Shown in pieces: positions 40,101 through 55,134 of a stretch of DNA of 64,000 bases (positions are counted from its first letter, which is position 1; each line of letters begins with the position of its first letter). The notes beneath the pieces were generated by a model that saw only the letters and a program-made list of their open reading frames with translations, did not search any database and was not told where the DNA came from. A program made the translations under genes and the position numbers. The DNA is from Daphnia carinata (taxonomy: Eukaryota): the NCBI RefSeq assembly GCF_022539665.2, contig NC_081331.1:9734001-9798000 (forward strand). Reading direction: 5' to 3'.

Positions 40101-43100
40101 CTGAAAGAACGAAAATGTGTGTATATATACGGTGCGGAAAAAGAAAAAAAAAGGCCGTACAAATCTACGTTGGGCTATTAGTGCCGTCGTAAAGTCAAGA
40201 ATGTGCACGTTGGCGGTCCCCAGTCATTTTTCATATTTCCCGCTCTCTCTCTCTCTCTTTCTCCTTTCTTTTCTTTTTTCACGCAAGAAGGAAAAAAAAG
40301 GAGGGCGTCAAGGAGACACTCGACTCCCCAAAAACTTTAGAACACAAAGACAAGAGAACACGTCCTCCCCCCCCCCTTCCTTTGATAATTTGGCCCGCGT
40401 TCACGTGATTTGGGTCTCGGCCGAGGGCATCGTTAAAAACACAGAAAAAAATCGTTGGTGTGGCGGTTCGTGCGGTCGTCACTTGTGTCGGAAACCTCCC
40501 CCTCCACCCCCCCCCCAACAAAAAAAAAAAAAAATTCGTGGAACAAAGGGCGTTGGGTAACATCCATAACGTTCTAACTAGTGCTGGTGTTCTTCGACCT
40601 TCCCTCCCGCACACAGCAAAGATGTGAAAGATGCCTCTAGCAAGTCGGGACGAGGGTGGACAAACGTCGTTACAAACAGATTTATGTCGCGGGCGGCTTT
40701 TTTGCTTTCTCTGAGGTTCGCTGGAGAGCAGAAGAATAAAAAGAATTTTTTTTTTTTCCTCCAAGCGCATTGGTATTACAATCATCTCCCCATATAAGTC
40801 CCCCACCCCCCCATCTGATGGTGTCGCCACAACTCGAAATGGGGAACTTTTACTGATTTGTGGAGGGGGGTCTTCGATCTCCATTGGGCTTGTATAATAG
40901 ACGAAGATATAGTGTTCCATGAAGAGAGCGGCTTCTCTTTTTATGTTTAGGCGTATCGATGCGAACGATGGACGTCCGTGAGTAACAAATGAACGGACTT
41001 TCGGGGGGGGGGGGGAGCTTGTTGTACTTCTGTTTTCACGATGTGTATTTTTTTTATTTGTATGGAACTTACGGCTCTGAAGAAGGTGTGGACGTGCTCC
41101 GTCCGCGTATCGACGATGATGTTGTTGATGTCTCGTTGCTTGATCTCGCGCAGCACTTGGCGGTAAGTGCTCACCGTTCCTTGGCGGATGTACACCTCCA
41201 TTTTGCTGGTGGGCGGCGATCGTACCAAATCCTGCAGTCGTACCAAACCTGACGTAACACACCAACAAAAGCAAAGATGTTGTAGTTTTAGTTTGTCTGT
41301 TGAAACGAGCAATTGGCGAAATAAAAGAAAAAAAAAAGAAAAGAAAACAACAACTCGTTAAACGTAGAACTTCTTGTGATTTAGAAGCGCGTTGCAATCG
41401 ACGTAATTGAATTGCACTTTTGAAATGTCGTGACACGTTGCAAAAACCGAAAGTCTCGCCGCAAACCCGTCGAGGGAGGAAGCATTTAGGTACAAAACCC
41501 ATTGAGTTCATTGCAGTCAGTTTCGGGAAAAAAGAAGTGAAAGGAAACTGTTGATCCCTCGTGAAAAAAAAATGACGCAGTGTGTTCACGCAAGATTTCT
41601 TCCCGCTCCTCCTCCCTCCCTTCCGAAAAAATTGGATCAACCCTATTTTCGTTTCATTTTCGTTCTTCTTCTATTTGCTTGTTGTATGCACACTTCAACA
41701 TTTGAATGGCGGTGTGATGCCACAAAACTCCCCCCCCCCCCTCATCTTCGCTCCAGCCCAAAGTAAATAAAAACCTATCGAAAAGAAAAATATATAATAA
41801 AATAAACAGATTGAGAAACAAAAGTGAAGCAACGTATGTGAAGGATATACTGTTGCCCAGACAGCAAGTAAAATGGGAAAACGGGAGTAAATAGACCTAC
41901 ATGAAAGATGATGATAGGAAAGCCTTTCTATATCCAATAAAGGAAACAGAGCTGGATGCTGGGTATAGCAAAAGCACCGCTCACAGAGAAATTCTCATAT
42001 CGCTTTTTTTTTTTGCTGTTATACATAAATCTAAATATATACTCTATATAGTAACAGCTAGGAGAAAATGAATTTTCCTTTTATTTATTATTATTATTAT
42101 TTTTTTTTTTGTCTTCCTTCCCGTTTAGCCGGAAGCTCGCCAAAGCATGAAAGGATCTCTGGATGAAGAGAGAAAACAGCACAATTCGATCGGTATATAC
42201 ATATATAGAGAGAGATATGCCTATAGTAATATTATATCGCCTCCGGCACCGGATATTTCAGGGCTCTCCGACCCTTTTTTTTTTTTTTTTTCATCGGATT
42301 TATGCGATATCGGTAGCCACCTCATTCTTTCGTTTCGATCTATAAGAAAGTCAGGAATAAGAAAAAGTCTAGACGAAGAATAAAAAAAAAAACACGTAAT
42401 AACGTAACGCAACAAAGTGCATTACGAGTAGACGAAGACCCTTTACAAAAAAAAAAAAAAAAAAAAAAAAACCCTGACAAAATAAACATTTAGAAAATAA
42501 ATAAATAAAAAATTATTAGCTGGAGTTCCGACCCCTTTTCCTTGGCCACATGCCAGCTGTGTTATTGTATATATATATACAGTAGTCCCTATTATTATTG
42601 GTAGGCAATGAATCGAGACTCGAGTTAAGTGCTGGCCAACATTTGGCAAATTTCACATGGAACTCTCTCACATCATAACGTGCTAGTACTTTTCTTCTTC
42701 TTTTTGAAAGGCAATATCTGCAGTGGCCCATTTTAGTTTGTCTACAGATTTCTTCGGACCGCATTCGTCCGACTTTTTTCTAAAGCATAAAGTCTTTTGA
42801 CATCAACAAAGAAGCAAAAAATGGTGCAATGTGGGCCAGTTGTCGCCCATTGCGCTATGGAAACTTGTTCGTCATCTCGGGTTCATCTTTTTTTTCTTTT
42901 CCTGTCATCAAAAAGAAACTGAAAGGGCACCTTGTCGCATGAACAAAAGCGAACAAAAAAACAAATAAAGCGGGGCAAAACAATATGACGCAAGTTGACG
43001 TGCTCTTTTTTTTTTTTTTGTTTTTATCGAATTAAAAATGAAAAGGGAGAGTACACGCCAAATAGGATTTTCTTGAAACTGGCACCGATATGCTTTGGGT

Positions 43101-46100
43101 CGCAGGGTGTGCGACAAATCAATACTATTTATCGGCTATGGTTGTCTGGACGTCGTCAGTGTTAAACTTAAAAATATCGAGCCAAAGTTTTGTTCTGTTT
43201 TTTTTCTTGGAAATGCTTTGCTTTGCGCTGTCAGATATGCAAATTTTTTGCGTGTGCATTTTATTGTTACCTCCTTCATCTTCGTAGATGATGGCCACTT
43301 TGGTCCAGTTGAGGAAGCGCATCAGGTCCTTGTAAGCGGCGTTGAGGACCTCTTGCGATGGATGCAAATTGATGGAAAGCTCGTTACGGGCGCCCGTCCG
43401 CGACTCCAAATCCAGTCGCGTCTCCAGGTGCGGAATATCGAGCGCGTCGCAGATGGACTGGACGTGCGGTCCGAGCAGCGGATCCGACGGCCCGAAAATG
43501 GCCTGCACTCCAAAGTCGATCTGCTTGCAGGCTATCGTCAATTGAATAAAAAAAAAAAGAATGGAAAATTAAACGTTATCATATGAAATTAAATAATTCG
43601 TAAGTATAAATATCTGTGGTTTAATAGCCATATTTATTTATCGATGATAAAAATGGAAATTTTTGGTTTCACCTTGATCTAGTGAAACAATTCATTGCCC
43701 ATCGTCATGAAAACATGCGGGTTATGTAGAGCAGAACATGTAATCTAAGGTGTATTATCACGAAATCGAGATCTATACTCCGGCGTTCAAGGTTTTCACA
43801 CCCTTTTTGAACGCATCAATAATCATAGCGTTTCGATCTTGTTGCATAGACAATTTGGGCCATGCACTCGACCGAAACATACCACAACTATTTCTCAATT
43901 TCTTTCTTTTTTTTTTTTTTTTATAAACCAAATTTGATGATGCTTGAAAGAAAGAGAAATCAAGTGGTCATCTTCAAGGTTGTCGACGCAATTAAAATGT
44001 TTTCTTTTTTTTTTTTTTTTTTATCCCATGTAAAAAAAAAAAGAGAGAGAGAAAGAAAGAGAGAAAAGAACTTCTGAATGTTATTAGATGTTTTCGGGGG
44101 CTAACCGGCCGGCCTTGGTTCGTGAAAGTGACGAACAGTTGGAGGTCACCGGTTTGAACTAGACACTATGTGATGTGAGTTCTTCTTTAATAATGCGCTC
44201 TTAGAAAATTTTACGGGTCCGGTCATTAAAAACAAGGCCACCAGCTCTTTTTTGTTCCTCATCTTTTCTTCGTCTCCCTCTTGAACTGTGGCCCTTTAAA
44301 AGTAAGAAGAAAAAAAAACGGGCATTGTCAAAGTTCACGATCATATCCGTTTCCCTTTATGATCGATGACGAGTAAACGCATATCAGATCTTTGTTGCAT
44401 CCCCCCTCCTTTCCCCTCCTTCGTTACGTACCCCGGCTTTCTTCTACATTTCCTTCTTTTCGATCCTTATCGTACCGGCTCGCATCCGAAAGGAGTTTCT
44501 TGATCCTTATTGACGTTTTATAATGAAACCGACCTTTTTCTTCTTCTTCTTGCTAAATCGAGATTTGTCATTTATGTAAGCGAAAATCGAAACGTGTCCA
44601 AAGCTAAAGTCGAAAGTTATTATCGCCAAGCCTTTTGTCTTCATTTATACAACTCGAGGCTTGTGTGGGATATGTTTTCTATATATAGATATATATATCA
44701 ATGCAGATAGACGTTGAATAAAAGAAAGTTGTCTGACTCGTATACCGGGAATAACTAGGCGATCTATTGCATTCAAGGTGCTTTGCAGCAATTGTTGTGC
44801 CACGCTTCCGTTTGATTCGGTCAGAGAGGAGGGTCGCATCTTCTATGGAAACAACCGTGACACATCGTTTTCCCCATTATTGCACAAGGATGTGTTCACT
44901 TGGCCGCATCCATTCACGCCCTTTTCCTCAATTGTTACACGGACTGTACACGAGCCATTGCCTGTCAATGGAAATGGATCCCTCCCGGTCGCACAATACG
45001 TCAGATCAATCATCTCTTATATACGAATGAGCCTTTTGCTTTCTTTTTTTTTTTTATTGGCTTTTCGATCTTAGCTCTTTAGTGATACGAAAGAAGAGCC
45101 TCTCTACGATATTCTACATCTGTTTCAATCAATTTTTGGTTTGGTATTAATGATAAAAAATTTAATAATATGCACGAGCTTATTCATTTTAGTGGCCTGG
45201 TGAGATGAATAGCATCAAATATTACGTGAAACAAAAGCTCTGGTCCCGGTCTGCCCCTCATTCAGCTCCCCCTCTTTTTTTTTTTTTAATTATTAAAATC
45301 GCGTATTTATGACATCGCCTGGTGCATATCGCCGTTAAGTCTGGCTTTATTATAGCTGAGACATCTTCATTAAGAATTCTAAGGAAATAACGGAAATAGA
45401 CAAAAGGGTGAATGACGTAATAGCTCTCATTAAAGCGACAGGCTCAAGGCCCGCAAAAACAGGCCGTTAATCAACTTTGTCACTTGGTTCGTCTTTAAAA
45501 AAAAAATAATAAAATGTGGGGTTTAATTAATCCTTTTTCTCATAGTTTGTAGCCTCTCAGCCTTGGAAATAAATGACGAAATGGGGGGGGGGTGTGCTGA
45601 CTTTATATCTCACCACCTGATTTTATACAACCCCATCCCTCCCAGAATGAACGAGTTTTGCGTGATGGGTGGCGTGCGTGCTCAAGCGGATACAATTTTC
45701 GGGGATCCACTGCGCAGCGATATATTTGATTGTCTCTGGAACGCAGAGTGGTGCTGCTTTCAAGGATCCAATCTGATCTCTGAGCACACACACACCCATT
45801 TTTAGATACTACCGCAAAAAAAAAAATTGCGAACGAACAGTTGGAAGTAAAAACAAAAATCAAGTGGTCGCGTAACAGGAAAGAATATCACGTTTAAAAA
45901 AAAAAGGAGGGGGGGGGCGAAAAAAAAAACAGATCAAAATATCTGAAAAAGAAAAGAGAAAGTTGTTGCCAAATACTTTTTTTTTTTTGATGATATCATG
46001 ATGTAAGATTTTTTTTTTATTTAAGGTGGCTACGTGCGAGCGTGCTCGTGAGAGTCCCTCAATTGGAAAAAAAGGGGGCAAAGGAAAGAAAGAAAAACAG

Positions 46101-49100
46101 AATTGACTCGGACAATAAAGACTTGTGTCCAGCTTCCCGATAAGGTCCCACACATCGTCTCTCAGGGCCGATGAATCCGGGACCTGATCTGTTTTCCCTT
46201 TCTTTTTATTATTATTATTATTCTAGGATTCTGTTGGGGAGGAACTATACGTGCGTCTGTGAGGGACCTTTTTCGTTGTGTGACAGGGTAGAAACATTTT
46301 GATTTAAAAAAAGCAAAACAAAAAAAAAAAAAGGTTACTGTCCTCTTTTTTCTGTTTCTTGACACATTAGATATAGGCCGAGAAGAACATCGATACGAAG
46401 CGGCCATCGGAGTGGACAAAAGAACATCCAGACGACACAAGAAAAAAAAAAGGCGGAAGGGTTTAATACAAAAAAAAAAAAAAAAAAAGAAATGTCTTAT
46501 TCTGTGTTTGTCGGCACATCTCTTTCTCGTTTGTTTACAGAGTCTTATATAGCCGATGGACAATTTCGTTTTTTTTTTTCGATTATCCGACATGTCCTGA
46601 TGCCTAGCACTCGTGTTCGCTACAGAGGACACTGGATTTACTTGTTTCCCAATATCATCCGGATCAAAAATACAAACGCACTAAAGAAATATCTTGCGTG
46701 ACAGCCTTCAGTTATTCTTGGTCAGTAGTTTTAAACTTATCACAAAAAAAAAAAAAAGGGCTGTTAAGGTTTTTATACTACGATTACGCGCCGTTTACGG
46801 CGAGTTATCCTGGAGGCTGTGTACATTTGCATGCGTCCATGCAAATATGCAATCCCTGCGGGGCGATATATATTTGTTAGGCGTATTAAACATTTCATCT
46901 ATCGCATAACTGGCTACCGTTTTTGGCCGATACCGTCGACATTTTTTTGAGTTAAGTCCGGCTATATAAGAAACGCGTGATAGTGAAAACAAAAAAAAAA
47001 CAAAAATGCTGCATGAAATATTTGGGTAGATCCTTTTATCTTGTTGGGTTCTTCCCCTCCCCCCCCCCCCTTTTTTTTTTTCATCCTCACATTGAAGATG
47101 CCTATTGATTAATCAAAAGAATGATAAGAAGCCCAACACGCTGAGAAAATAGATGAAGGAATGACGATTACACGTTATAGAATAAATAAACATTCTTTTT
47201 TCTTCTATTCCCCGTTTGATTATTTACTTCTTCAGAGATCCAAAGAAAATGTGGAGGACAACACAGAACGCTGCGAGCGGAGAGTGTGAGAATGATGGCA
47301 TACGTGCGTTGTATATGCCTCTCACTTTTTTTTTTCTTTCTACTTCGTGATGATTGGAGAAAGTGGTGGCTCTCTCGGTAGATGACTTCTTAAACTTCTG
47401 TAGTCAAGATACACACACACCATTTGGTATTCGAGTGAAAGGCCGCAAAAAAAAAAAAATGGAAGAAAAGAAAAAAAAATGTAAAGAAAGAAGGAGAGCT
47501 GCAATAATATTAAATTGTATACATAAATGGATATTCGTTTTCCGTTTGTCGCTTTGAGGCTGGGCCCTAAAGGTGGAACTCGGCCAGTCGATAAAAACGA
47601 AACGATTTTCGTCCCCCTTTTTTAAATCTGGATGATTTATTTATTTTTAAAGCAAAGTGATTTGTGGCTTTTTGGCGAGAGAAAGCAAACAAAAAAAAAA
47701 ACATGGACTTCCACAAACGATTCCGTATAGTGCGGTCCTTTTCAGCCACAGCCATACGAACTGCACAACAACTTGTGAAAGCGTCTTTCTTTCGTTATTT
47801 TTTCCCCGATGCCGTTGAAAATGGTTAACACAACGCCTGGCCATGTATATAAACGTGCAGTTTTCCTTGTACTCCCACGGACTGCGAGGCAAAACTGTCA
47901 ATACAAGCGGGAAAAACCTGAGCTAATATGCAAATTCAATTTTAATTTACGGATAGATTTAGCCCGTAGGTTATTTTGAAGAAGAATAGATGACCAAATA
48001 AAATGAAGGTAATAAAAAAATATTAGAAAAAACGAACGTTTGTAGCATAACAGCCATTTAATATGCAAAACAGGAAAATTTTAACCATCTTTTCTCCGGA
48101 TGGGCATTCAAAAGAGTATGGATCATCATGACCTGAAAAAAAAAAATGAAGCCTACAAACTTTGATCCCTTGTGTAGAGACACCCACAGGGTTCTCCGTA
48201 TAATTCAATAGCGGATGAGGCTTTTGTTGGTTTATGGCACACACACCTTTCCCCGTTTTCTCTCCTCGTAGTTGGGATTCTCTTTGCCGTTGGCGTTCCA
48301 TTATTCACGCTCAATGTACGGAGGAGTTTAAACATTAGTACGGAGAAAGAAGAGAGTGTCCTGGTTCCTCTCTAGACTCTTCTTTGCCCTCCGTTCGGGC
48401 AATCATCATTATAATTTCTTGACTGGAATATGGTAGCTACTTTCACGCTAGGATCGCACTAGTTCTATAAGGATTAACTATTCATTTATTATTAAATTTT
48501 TTTCTTTTGGAACTTCCTTGTAATAATGAATTAGTGCAGTCATTAACCACCTTCACATGACTGGACGAGAAGGTCGTGATATTCGCTGAAAATTAATTAT
48601 GTACCCCGTCCCAGGGTATTCAGACGTCTGAATCTTATAAGAATTTTTACTAATAAATCGTTGGCGAAAAATAACACGTGATGAATTGAATGATGGGAAA
48701 TCTATGGGAGCTTGTCACGTAGAGGTCTCATTAACAAAGTCGGACGATAGTTGACTGTTGATAGTCCATAAATATAAGTAATAGCTATTTGAAGGATTTC
48801 AAAGAAAATCAGACGATCCGTGTGGCATAATGTTGGTTAAAAAAAAATGTGTTAGAACTGGATACGGTGGCGCTCCGTTTCAAGGAGATCAAAAAGGAAA
48901 TGAAATGTTGTTCATGATTTTTGTGTGTGTTGGCAGTCACGAGTTTCCGGTCCGACTCAACAGTGCTCTTCTCGATATGCAAATCTCCCTTTAAAAGATT
49001 TCTTTTTTTTTTTCGAGGTCCAAAAAAAGGACACATTCCTATTTTGATTGATTGTGACGGATACGTTACAGTACTACCTAACGGTATAACTTTGAATAAT

Positions 49101-52100
49101 TTTTGCCCCCCCCCCCAAGAAAAAAAAAAAAGAAACAAACAAAAAATGCAGTGTCCCGCTTTTGCATTTCTATTGCGGTCCACGTGAACGAATCGCTCGC
49201 TTGACCGTAAGAGAAGGGAAACCAAACGTTTCACATATCTCTCGTTTTTCAACAGTGCCTCTTTCGTGCTGTGTAGGCCTTGTTTTCCATTGGCCATCTC
49301 AATCTGGAGAAGATAAAGCCAAACACGACACAGACACGACAGAATTTAAAGAGAGAGAGAGCGGCAATCGACGCATTCATTACTAAAAACCCGAGAAAAA
49401 ACCCGAAAGACAGATCGTTCATGGCTACACATTTGCTTTTAACTAATCGGCCGAGTGCTGGTCACGATGGAAAGGGCATTTTATTTCTTTTTTTTTTTTT
49501 CGCGGAAAATCCTCGGCTATGTTTATGCCAATAGAGAAAATAGGTGTGGAGACGAAGACTGAACGTGACTAGTATTTATACAAATTAGTTCTTGGCCACT
49601 GGTAACAACAGAAAGACAATTTTCTTTGTCCAACCATTTATTTTCTGGCCTTTCTCTTTCGTGTTAAACGAGCAACAATAGGGCAGTAGAGGAAAGAGTT
49701 TTTTTTTTAACATTGCTGCTTTACCTGCATTTGCCCCTTTTTTTTTAATGGTATACAAAAATTTGAATGAGATGAGCGCGAAGAGAAACTTGGCCGGGCA
49801 CGCACACGCCATTGGCTTATTTTTATTTTATTTTTTTTTTATTATTCCTCCTTTTTAACCCACGCGATTTCACCGAGCGCAAAGTGCACTATTTTGTCCA
49901 AATGGAACAGCATAAGTTATTATAATAGGCACGCGGAAAACGAAAGAAAGAGAACTCGGAAAATGTCATTCGTCATGGGATCGGCGAACTGGAGTTTGTG
50001 TCTCATGTTTTCCCGCATATCGCCAATAATTGCGTGCGAGCTACGCTCTCTCTTTGACAAGCGCACTTCATAAGCTGTATCTGATGTCGACATTTGCATA
50101 TCATGTACCAACTGAGGATCGTGTACGTTTTTTGATGTTTCGCCTTCGAGTTATTAACGTCACGCTGTTGTTAGCGTTTATTTGTTTATCGCTTTGTGTT
50201 TTGTGTAGCAGCGGAGCCGATTGGAATTGAGGGATGATATTACGGGAGAAATTGTACCTTTCTTGGACGTGCGAAAGCTGTCGTCCCTCGGCACGTACTG
50301 AATGTCGTACACGAGCGTCGTGTTGGGCAAAATGGTGCGTTCGCGATTCAGCCGGTAGACGGCGTACTTGAAGGCCAACTCGGCGCTGCCGTCCTTCTGG
50401 TCCTCTCTGAAGATACCACCTGTTATTCCGATCACGTTTTTTTTTTTTTTTTTCGTTGTTTTGACATTTACACGTGTAAAAAGGGAGGAGAAAAAAGAAA
50501 GCACATCATTAGCATTTCTTTGCGAAAGACAAAAAAACTAAACATAATAAACAAAATAAATGGACAAGAAGAAATGTATGAAAAAAAAAAAAAAAGATGA
50601 GAATGATAAGGGCTCGATAACAACCACCCGCTGCCGATCGTCTTTGTGCTGTGTCTTGTAATGATGCTTCTATTCCGTACATGGAACAAATGAATATTTA
50701 TGAATCGATTGACTTGAGCAGTTGTATCAATCTGTGGCGTCCCCTTTTTCTTGCTGCTTTTGAGCCTCGTTTTGTTTTAGTTGGTTTTTCCCTTTTTTTT
50801 TTTTTTTTTTTTACATCATGGAAAGTTTTAGCGGCAGAAGGCCAATGAAGTTTTGAATATCTTATTTTTTTTTTTTACAGTTTATAACCAGTGGGTTTTA
50901 TACGTCAATCTTTTGGACTTTTATAACATCTTCTTTCAAGAATGGACGTCCAAACTTGGCCGTTACGAAACGCTAAAGTTACGAAATCGTCAACAACCAG
51001 TTTTTTAAAAGGGTTGTATCTAAAAAAATGTTGAATCTGCTTCGCTCCGTTTAGTTTGTCGACAATGCGGCGTTACTTAAAATGAAAATACGTTCCCAGG
51101 GTAACATTGCGCAGTCCGTCCTGAACGGCAGAAACGTACCCTACGTCTTTTACGAAATAAAATGGGGATAATAAAAGTAAAAAAAACGGACTGATAAAAG
51201 CCTACAGTTGAAGCAGGAACGATTGCGTCATATTTCCCAGAGCGAGGGGTTAACCTAAAATTCCAGTTAAAGTCTCGTATAGCCTCGTACCCAATTCGAA
51301 TTGTCTTTTTTTTTTTTTCTTCTTAAATGACAAAAGAGGGAAAAGAACTTGTCTCATCGGTCCATATTTTTTTTATCGTAAATACTCGTTTTCCTGTCAA
51401 GGTGAAGAATTCGGGTACGTTTTGTTGATCCAATTCTGATGGGCATTAACATTTTATCGACGCGTGCCCTACTATCTTAGATTTTTACTTTCATTCATCG
51501 CTTTGTGCTGCAGTGAAGAGAGAAGTTAGTTCTTGTGCCTATACGTGGTTTCGCATAATTCTCGTGGCAAAGTTCCTGCTGATAGAACATCTGTTCCTTT
51601 GTTTATGCATGCGGCGTGATAAGTTTTATTTGAACGTCTACCTTAAAAAAAAACGGTACTCAATCAGATGGCAAAAATAAAAAGGGCCCGAAAACAGAAA
51701 GTTGCTGATTTCTGTCCAAGAAGTTTTGAATAAATTCATCGAGGGCTATTGCGTATATAATTTTGTGATTCTTTTGTTTGTTTAAAAAATATTATTTATT
51801 GCGACTTCAATACTTTTTTTTCGAAGGGGGGAGGGAATCATTACATATCGTCTGTTTAACCTGCGCTCACAATTGAAAATTTAGGTGAAGTGGCAAAAGC
51901 TTTTTGGTTCTGAGAAAACAAATGCAAAAGCTGCTCCCAAGTGAAGTGTATAATGAAGTATCACGGTTACACGAATAAGCAAAATCAACTATTCTTCTTC
52001 TTCTAAGAAATCCATTTACGGCGGTATAAATTGACACGAATATGTTCCCATTCTCGGAATACCTTTATTATAAAGAATCGAAAGCATGTAAAACGCAATG

Positions 52101-55100
52101 ACCTGATCAGCTATTAGCGAGGTCTTTGCTCCTACAGAGAAAAAAAAAGGAAAAGAGATTGGATTAAAGTCGAAGGTGTGTCAAGTGAATGTCTGGCTTT
52201 CACTCAAAATAGAGCCATTACTACCGTTTCATTTCTTTTTCTGATGCGGTACTCTGTAATTGCTAAATTTTGCTTTTAACACGACGAGCACATTATCACA
52301 TGACACCCTTGCGATTCGCAATTCATTCCCTGGATTTGCGAAGGTGTCTTTCAAAATGTAGGGACTTTAAATATATAACGATAGTATAAAGTCATTCGGG
52401 TCGTATCAGAATTCTCATATAACCAGTTACACTCAGACAGGTAGCAGACAAGTAGAACTGGGCTGCTAGTACCTGCGTATATGGAATTAAAAGCTTTGCC
52501 TTTCCTTAGCGAATTGGATATTGAATTTGACGAATAACCAATTCAGGGTCTTATAAAACAAGGAAACTAAACTTTCGAAAAAATGACGAATAGAATCACG
52601 ATTGGCAAAAAATAATGAAATCGTAAAAAAAAAAATTTAGAGAAAGAGAACGACAACCCAAACTACAGTTTACATTCAAGGGAGGAGTGGGAATCCCCAG
52701 ATTTCTAGTGCTGTTGTACTGCCAACGTAAGTTGGTTCTTCGATCGGTCGTTGTGGCGCATAGTGCAGTACACACAAAAATCTATTTAAAACAAAAAAAA
52801 AAGTTAAACCCATACCCTGCAACTAGCGAGAGAGTATGTCTCAAAAAAAAAAAATATATAATATGTGTTCTCACAGTTTTCCATGGCTTCTCGCTAATAA
52901 GATGATGAATATAACGTAACCTTACAACTGAACGTACACAACGTTTCAATGGCTTGGGTCGTCAAAGTAGAGAGGCATATATACATCTAGTTAAACATGT
53001 AACTATTGACAGCAAGTTGCCTTGTACAAGCAAGCCTACGTACATGAACACACCGAAAAATGGGCCAATGAGCCTTTGCTGGGGTGGGGGGGGGGACATC
53101 GACGTCCATATCTGCTGACATAGACTTTAAAGTAATCCTTTTTTGATTTTTGTTTTTTCTTTCTTTTGGGATGGCACACTGCTCCTCATGTATGGTCTCT
53201 ATATAAATCTATACTCTTTTCCTTTGAAGACTGTAGCTGTAATAATGTAGCTTTTAGATGCTCGATGAAATTAATGGTTAGCTAACAAAACTGAGGTGAT
53301 GAATAGATTATTTTCTATCGATCCTCAATTTTTTCTTTGCGCATATGGAAGGCTCGGAGGGTCGGAGATCGACACGTTTCGATCTCGATGAACCACAACT
53401 CTTCTGCCTGTATACACGATGTGAATAGCTCGCAAATGATGTGCGGCCGACTGCTATCGATGATAGCGTCCGTCTTCCATTGAACATATATGCCTAATAA
53501 TATTCTATAGCTCCATGCGCTTGTGGTGTTTCGACAATCTCCTTGGTTACAACCTTTATCGCCATCTAGCCGCATTTTTCTTATACTTTCTCTCACGAAT
53601 TTTTTTTTTTTTCACGTTGAATTATCCCCACGACAACTACAAACTCCAATTCGATTCGTCGATTTAAAGACATGCAGTCTTATGTACCTAATTAAAAAAG
53701 GAGTCCCTTTTATGCGCCGAGGGGTAGTTACACTGTGTTCAAGAAATAGCATAATATTATAATAATCCTTAACGATACAGCATAAGAGAACATACACGGT
53801 AGCCTGCCAAGCAGCGTTAAGGTTTCCTTCAGCTGAGGAGGATTGAGTACGGTTCGGAACAACCTACACAGCCTGTGCGTTATAGATCGTACTTGTGTAC
53901 TCTTAGTGTAGTCTGTAACCAACCCACGCGTTTTTTTTTTTTTGGTAGTTTTAAGGTAAAAACTACAGCCCAAGTTGATTTTTGATGCCATTGCCGCCTT
54001 TCATCTTCTTTCGATTTTGCACGTCCAAAATTCGTAAATTTTAGATATGAAATCGACAGCTGGGATAGTTCTATCATTCACCTGAACTCTGCATGTACAC
54101 TCTCTTTATTGGATGAAAAGTCTTTTCTTTTGGCTATTCTCCGCGTAGCTCTTGATGGTAGTCTTTTGAGGAGGGAGCACTAATCGGATTGGTCGCGTAT
54201 CCTCCTATATATACAGTCTTTTTTTTTTCTCTTTATATTCCTTGAAATCCTGAATCTATTTCAATTTATCGTTCGTCCAAGTCGAAATGGACGTAGATTG
54301 AAAGTAGTTTCGTTCGTAACGAAACGATCGTTGTTTGCTGTTGCTTGTTTAATTTTTGGATGGCAGCCTAGCCTTTAACTGGGCAAAAGATTACGTTGTT
54401 GCACCATAATACGAAAACGGATAAGAGATGGCTGTTCTTCAGGCTGCCCTGAGTCGGATGGAAACTTATCTATGTACTAGGATGCCTTACTATATCAAAG
54501 GGACGTTGCGCAATACGAACGGCGGATTAAACCAAAGACACAAAAATGAATGATAGACGTGCAATAAAGAAATAATTAAGGTAAGTAATGGGAAGCAATG
54601 CAGAATGGAAATAAAAGATGGAAAACAACAACAACAAAAATACCCTTCCTGCCACGAGAGGCTCGCAAAAGAAATGAATAATTCCTTTATGTTTATGCAC
54701 TTCAATCAATCGTGTACAATAACGAATTGCCCCCCTGCCCGCCTCAATGCTAATAACGATTTCTATACTGATTGATAGAAAAGCTTCGTTTGCTCTTCTG
54801 CTTATATCGATTTTTAAAAGCAAAGTAAACGAACGAAAAAAAAAAAAAAGAAGTTGTGCTGCTGTTAAAATTGAATTCCGTTTTTCGTACCTATTCGAAT
54901 GACGGGCGGAAGCGCTGAGACGCACTGGACGACGAAGGCGAGGGCTAAGAGGCAGGTGAACAAGCGGCTGTTCCATCTCGGCGGCCGAACGGAGAACGAC
55001 GAATAGGGCGACAAGCGGATATCACCTGCCCGGAAGGTTTCTTTTAGAGTTCCGCTAGTTGTCGTTTGAGCGGACGACGTCGACGGAAGGAGCCATTTCC

Positions 55101-55134
55101 ACTTTTCTCGCTTCCTCACTGCTGCCGCGGCCAT
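31168..55134 (-). CDS. Ionotropic glutamate receptor, kainate type (GRIK-like)
   Basis: Exons (minus): 55134-54891, 50419-50258, 43531-43271, 41248-41073, 39772-39719, 39625-39461, 39359-39207, 38884-38681, 37858-37765, 37622-37513, 37383-37279, [36434-36177 OR 35775-35407], 33857-33660, 33028-32803, 32633-32554, 32346-32262, 32018-31918, 31655-31500, 31239-31168. Phases are consistent throughout. Signal peptide, ATD, S1 ([27 protein letters not shown]), M1-M2, M3 [12 protein letters not shown]2 ([23 protein letters not shown]), M4 ([12 protein letters not shown]). Confidence 0.95.
35407..35775 (-). CDS. Glutamate receptor pore exon B (M1-M2), Q at the Q/R site
   Basis: 369 nt, phase 0-0, AG/GT flanked. 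Encodes [46 protein letters not shown]...[23 protein letters not shown]. The Q codon CAA is at 35433-35431. Confidence 0.9.
36177..36434 (-). CDS. Glutamate receptor pore exon A (M1-M2), R at the Q/R site
   Basis: 258 nt, phase 0-0, AG/GT flanked. Encodes [86 protein letters not shown]. The R codon CGT is at 36203-36201. Confidence 0.9.
37631..37654. repeat. (TAA)8 microsatellite next to a splice acceptor
   Basis: Read directly from the sequence. Confidence 0.85.

Noticed and set aside
40279..41640. 453-aa minus-strand ORF
   Set aside because: Mostly intronic low-complexity sequence with homopolymer runs. It overlaps a real receptor exon in a different frame and has no domain-like content.
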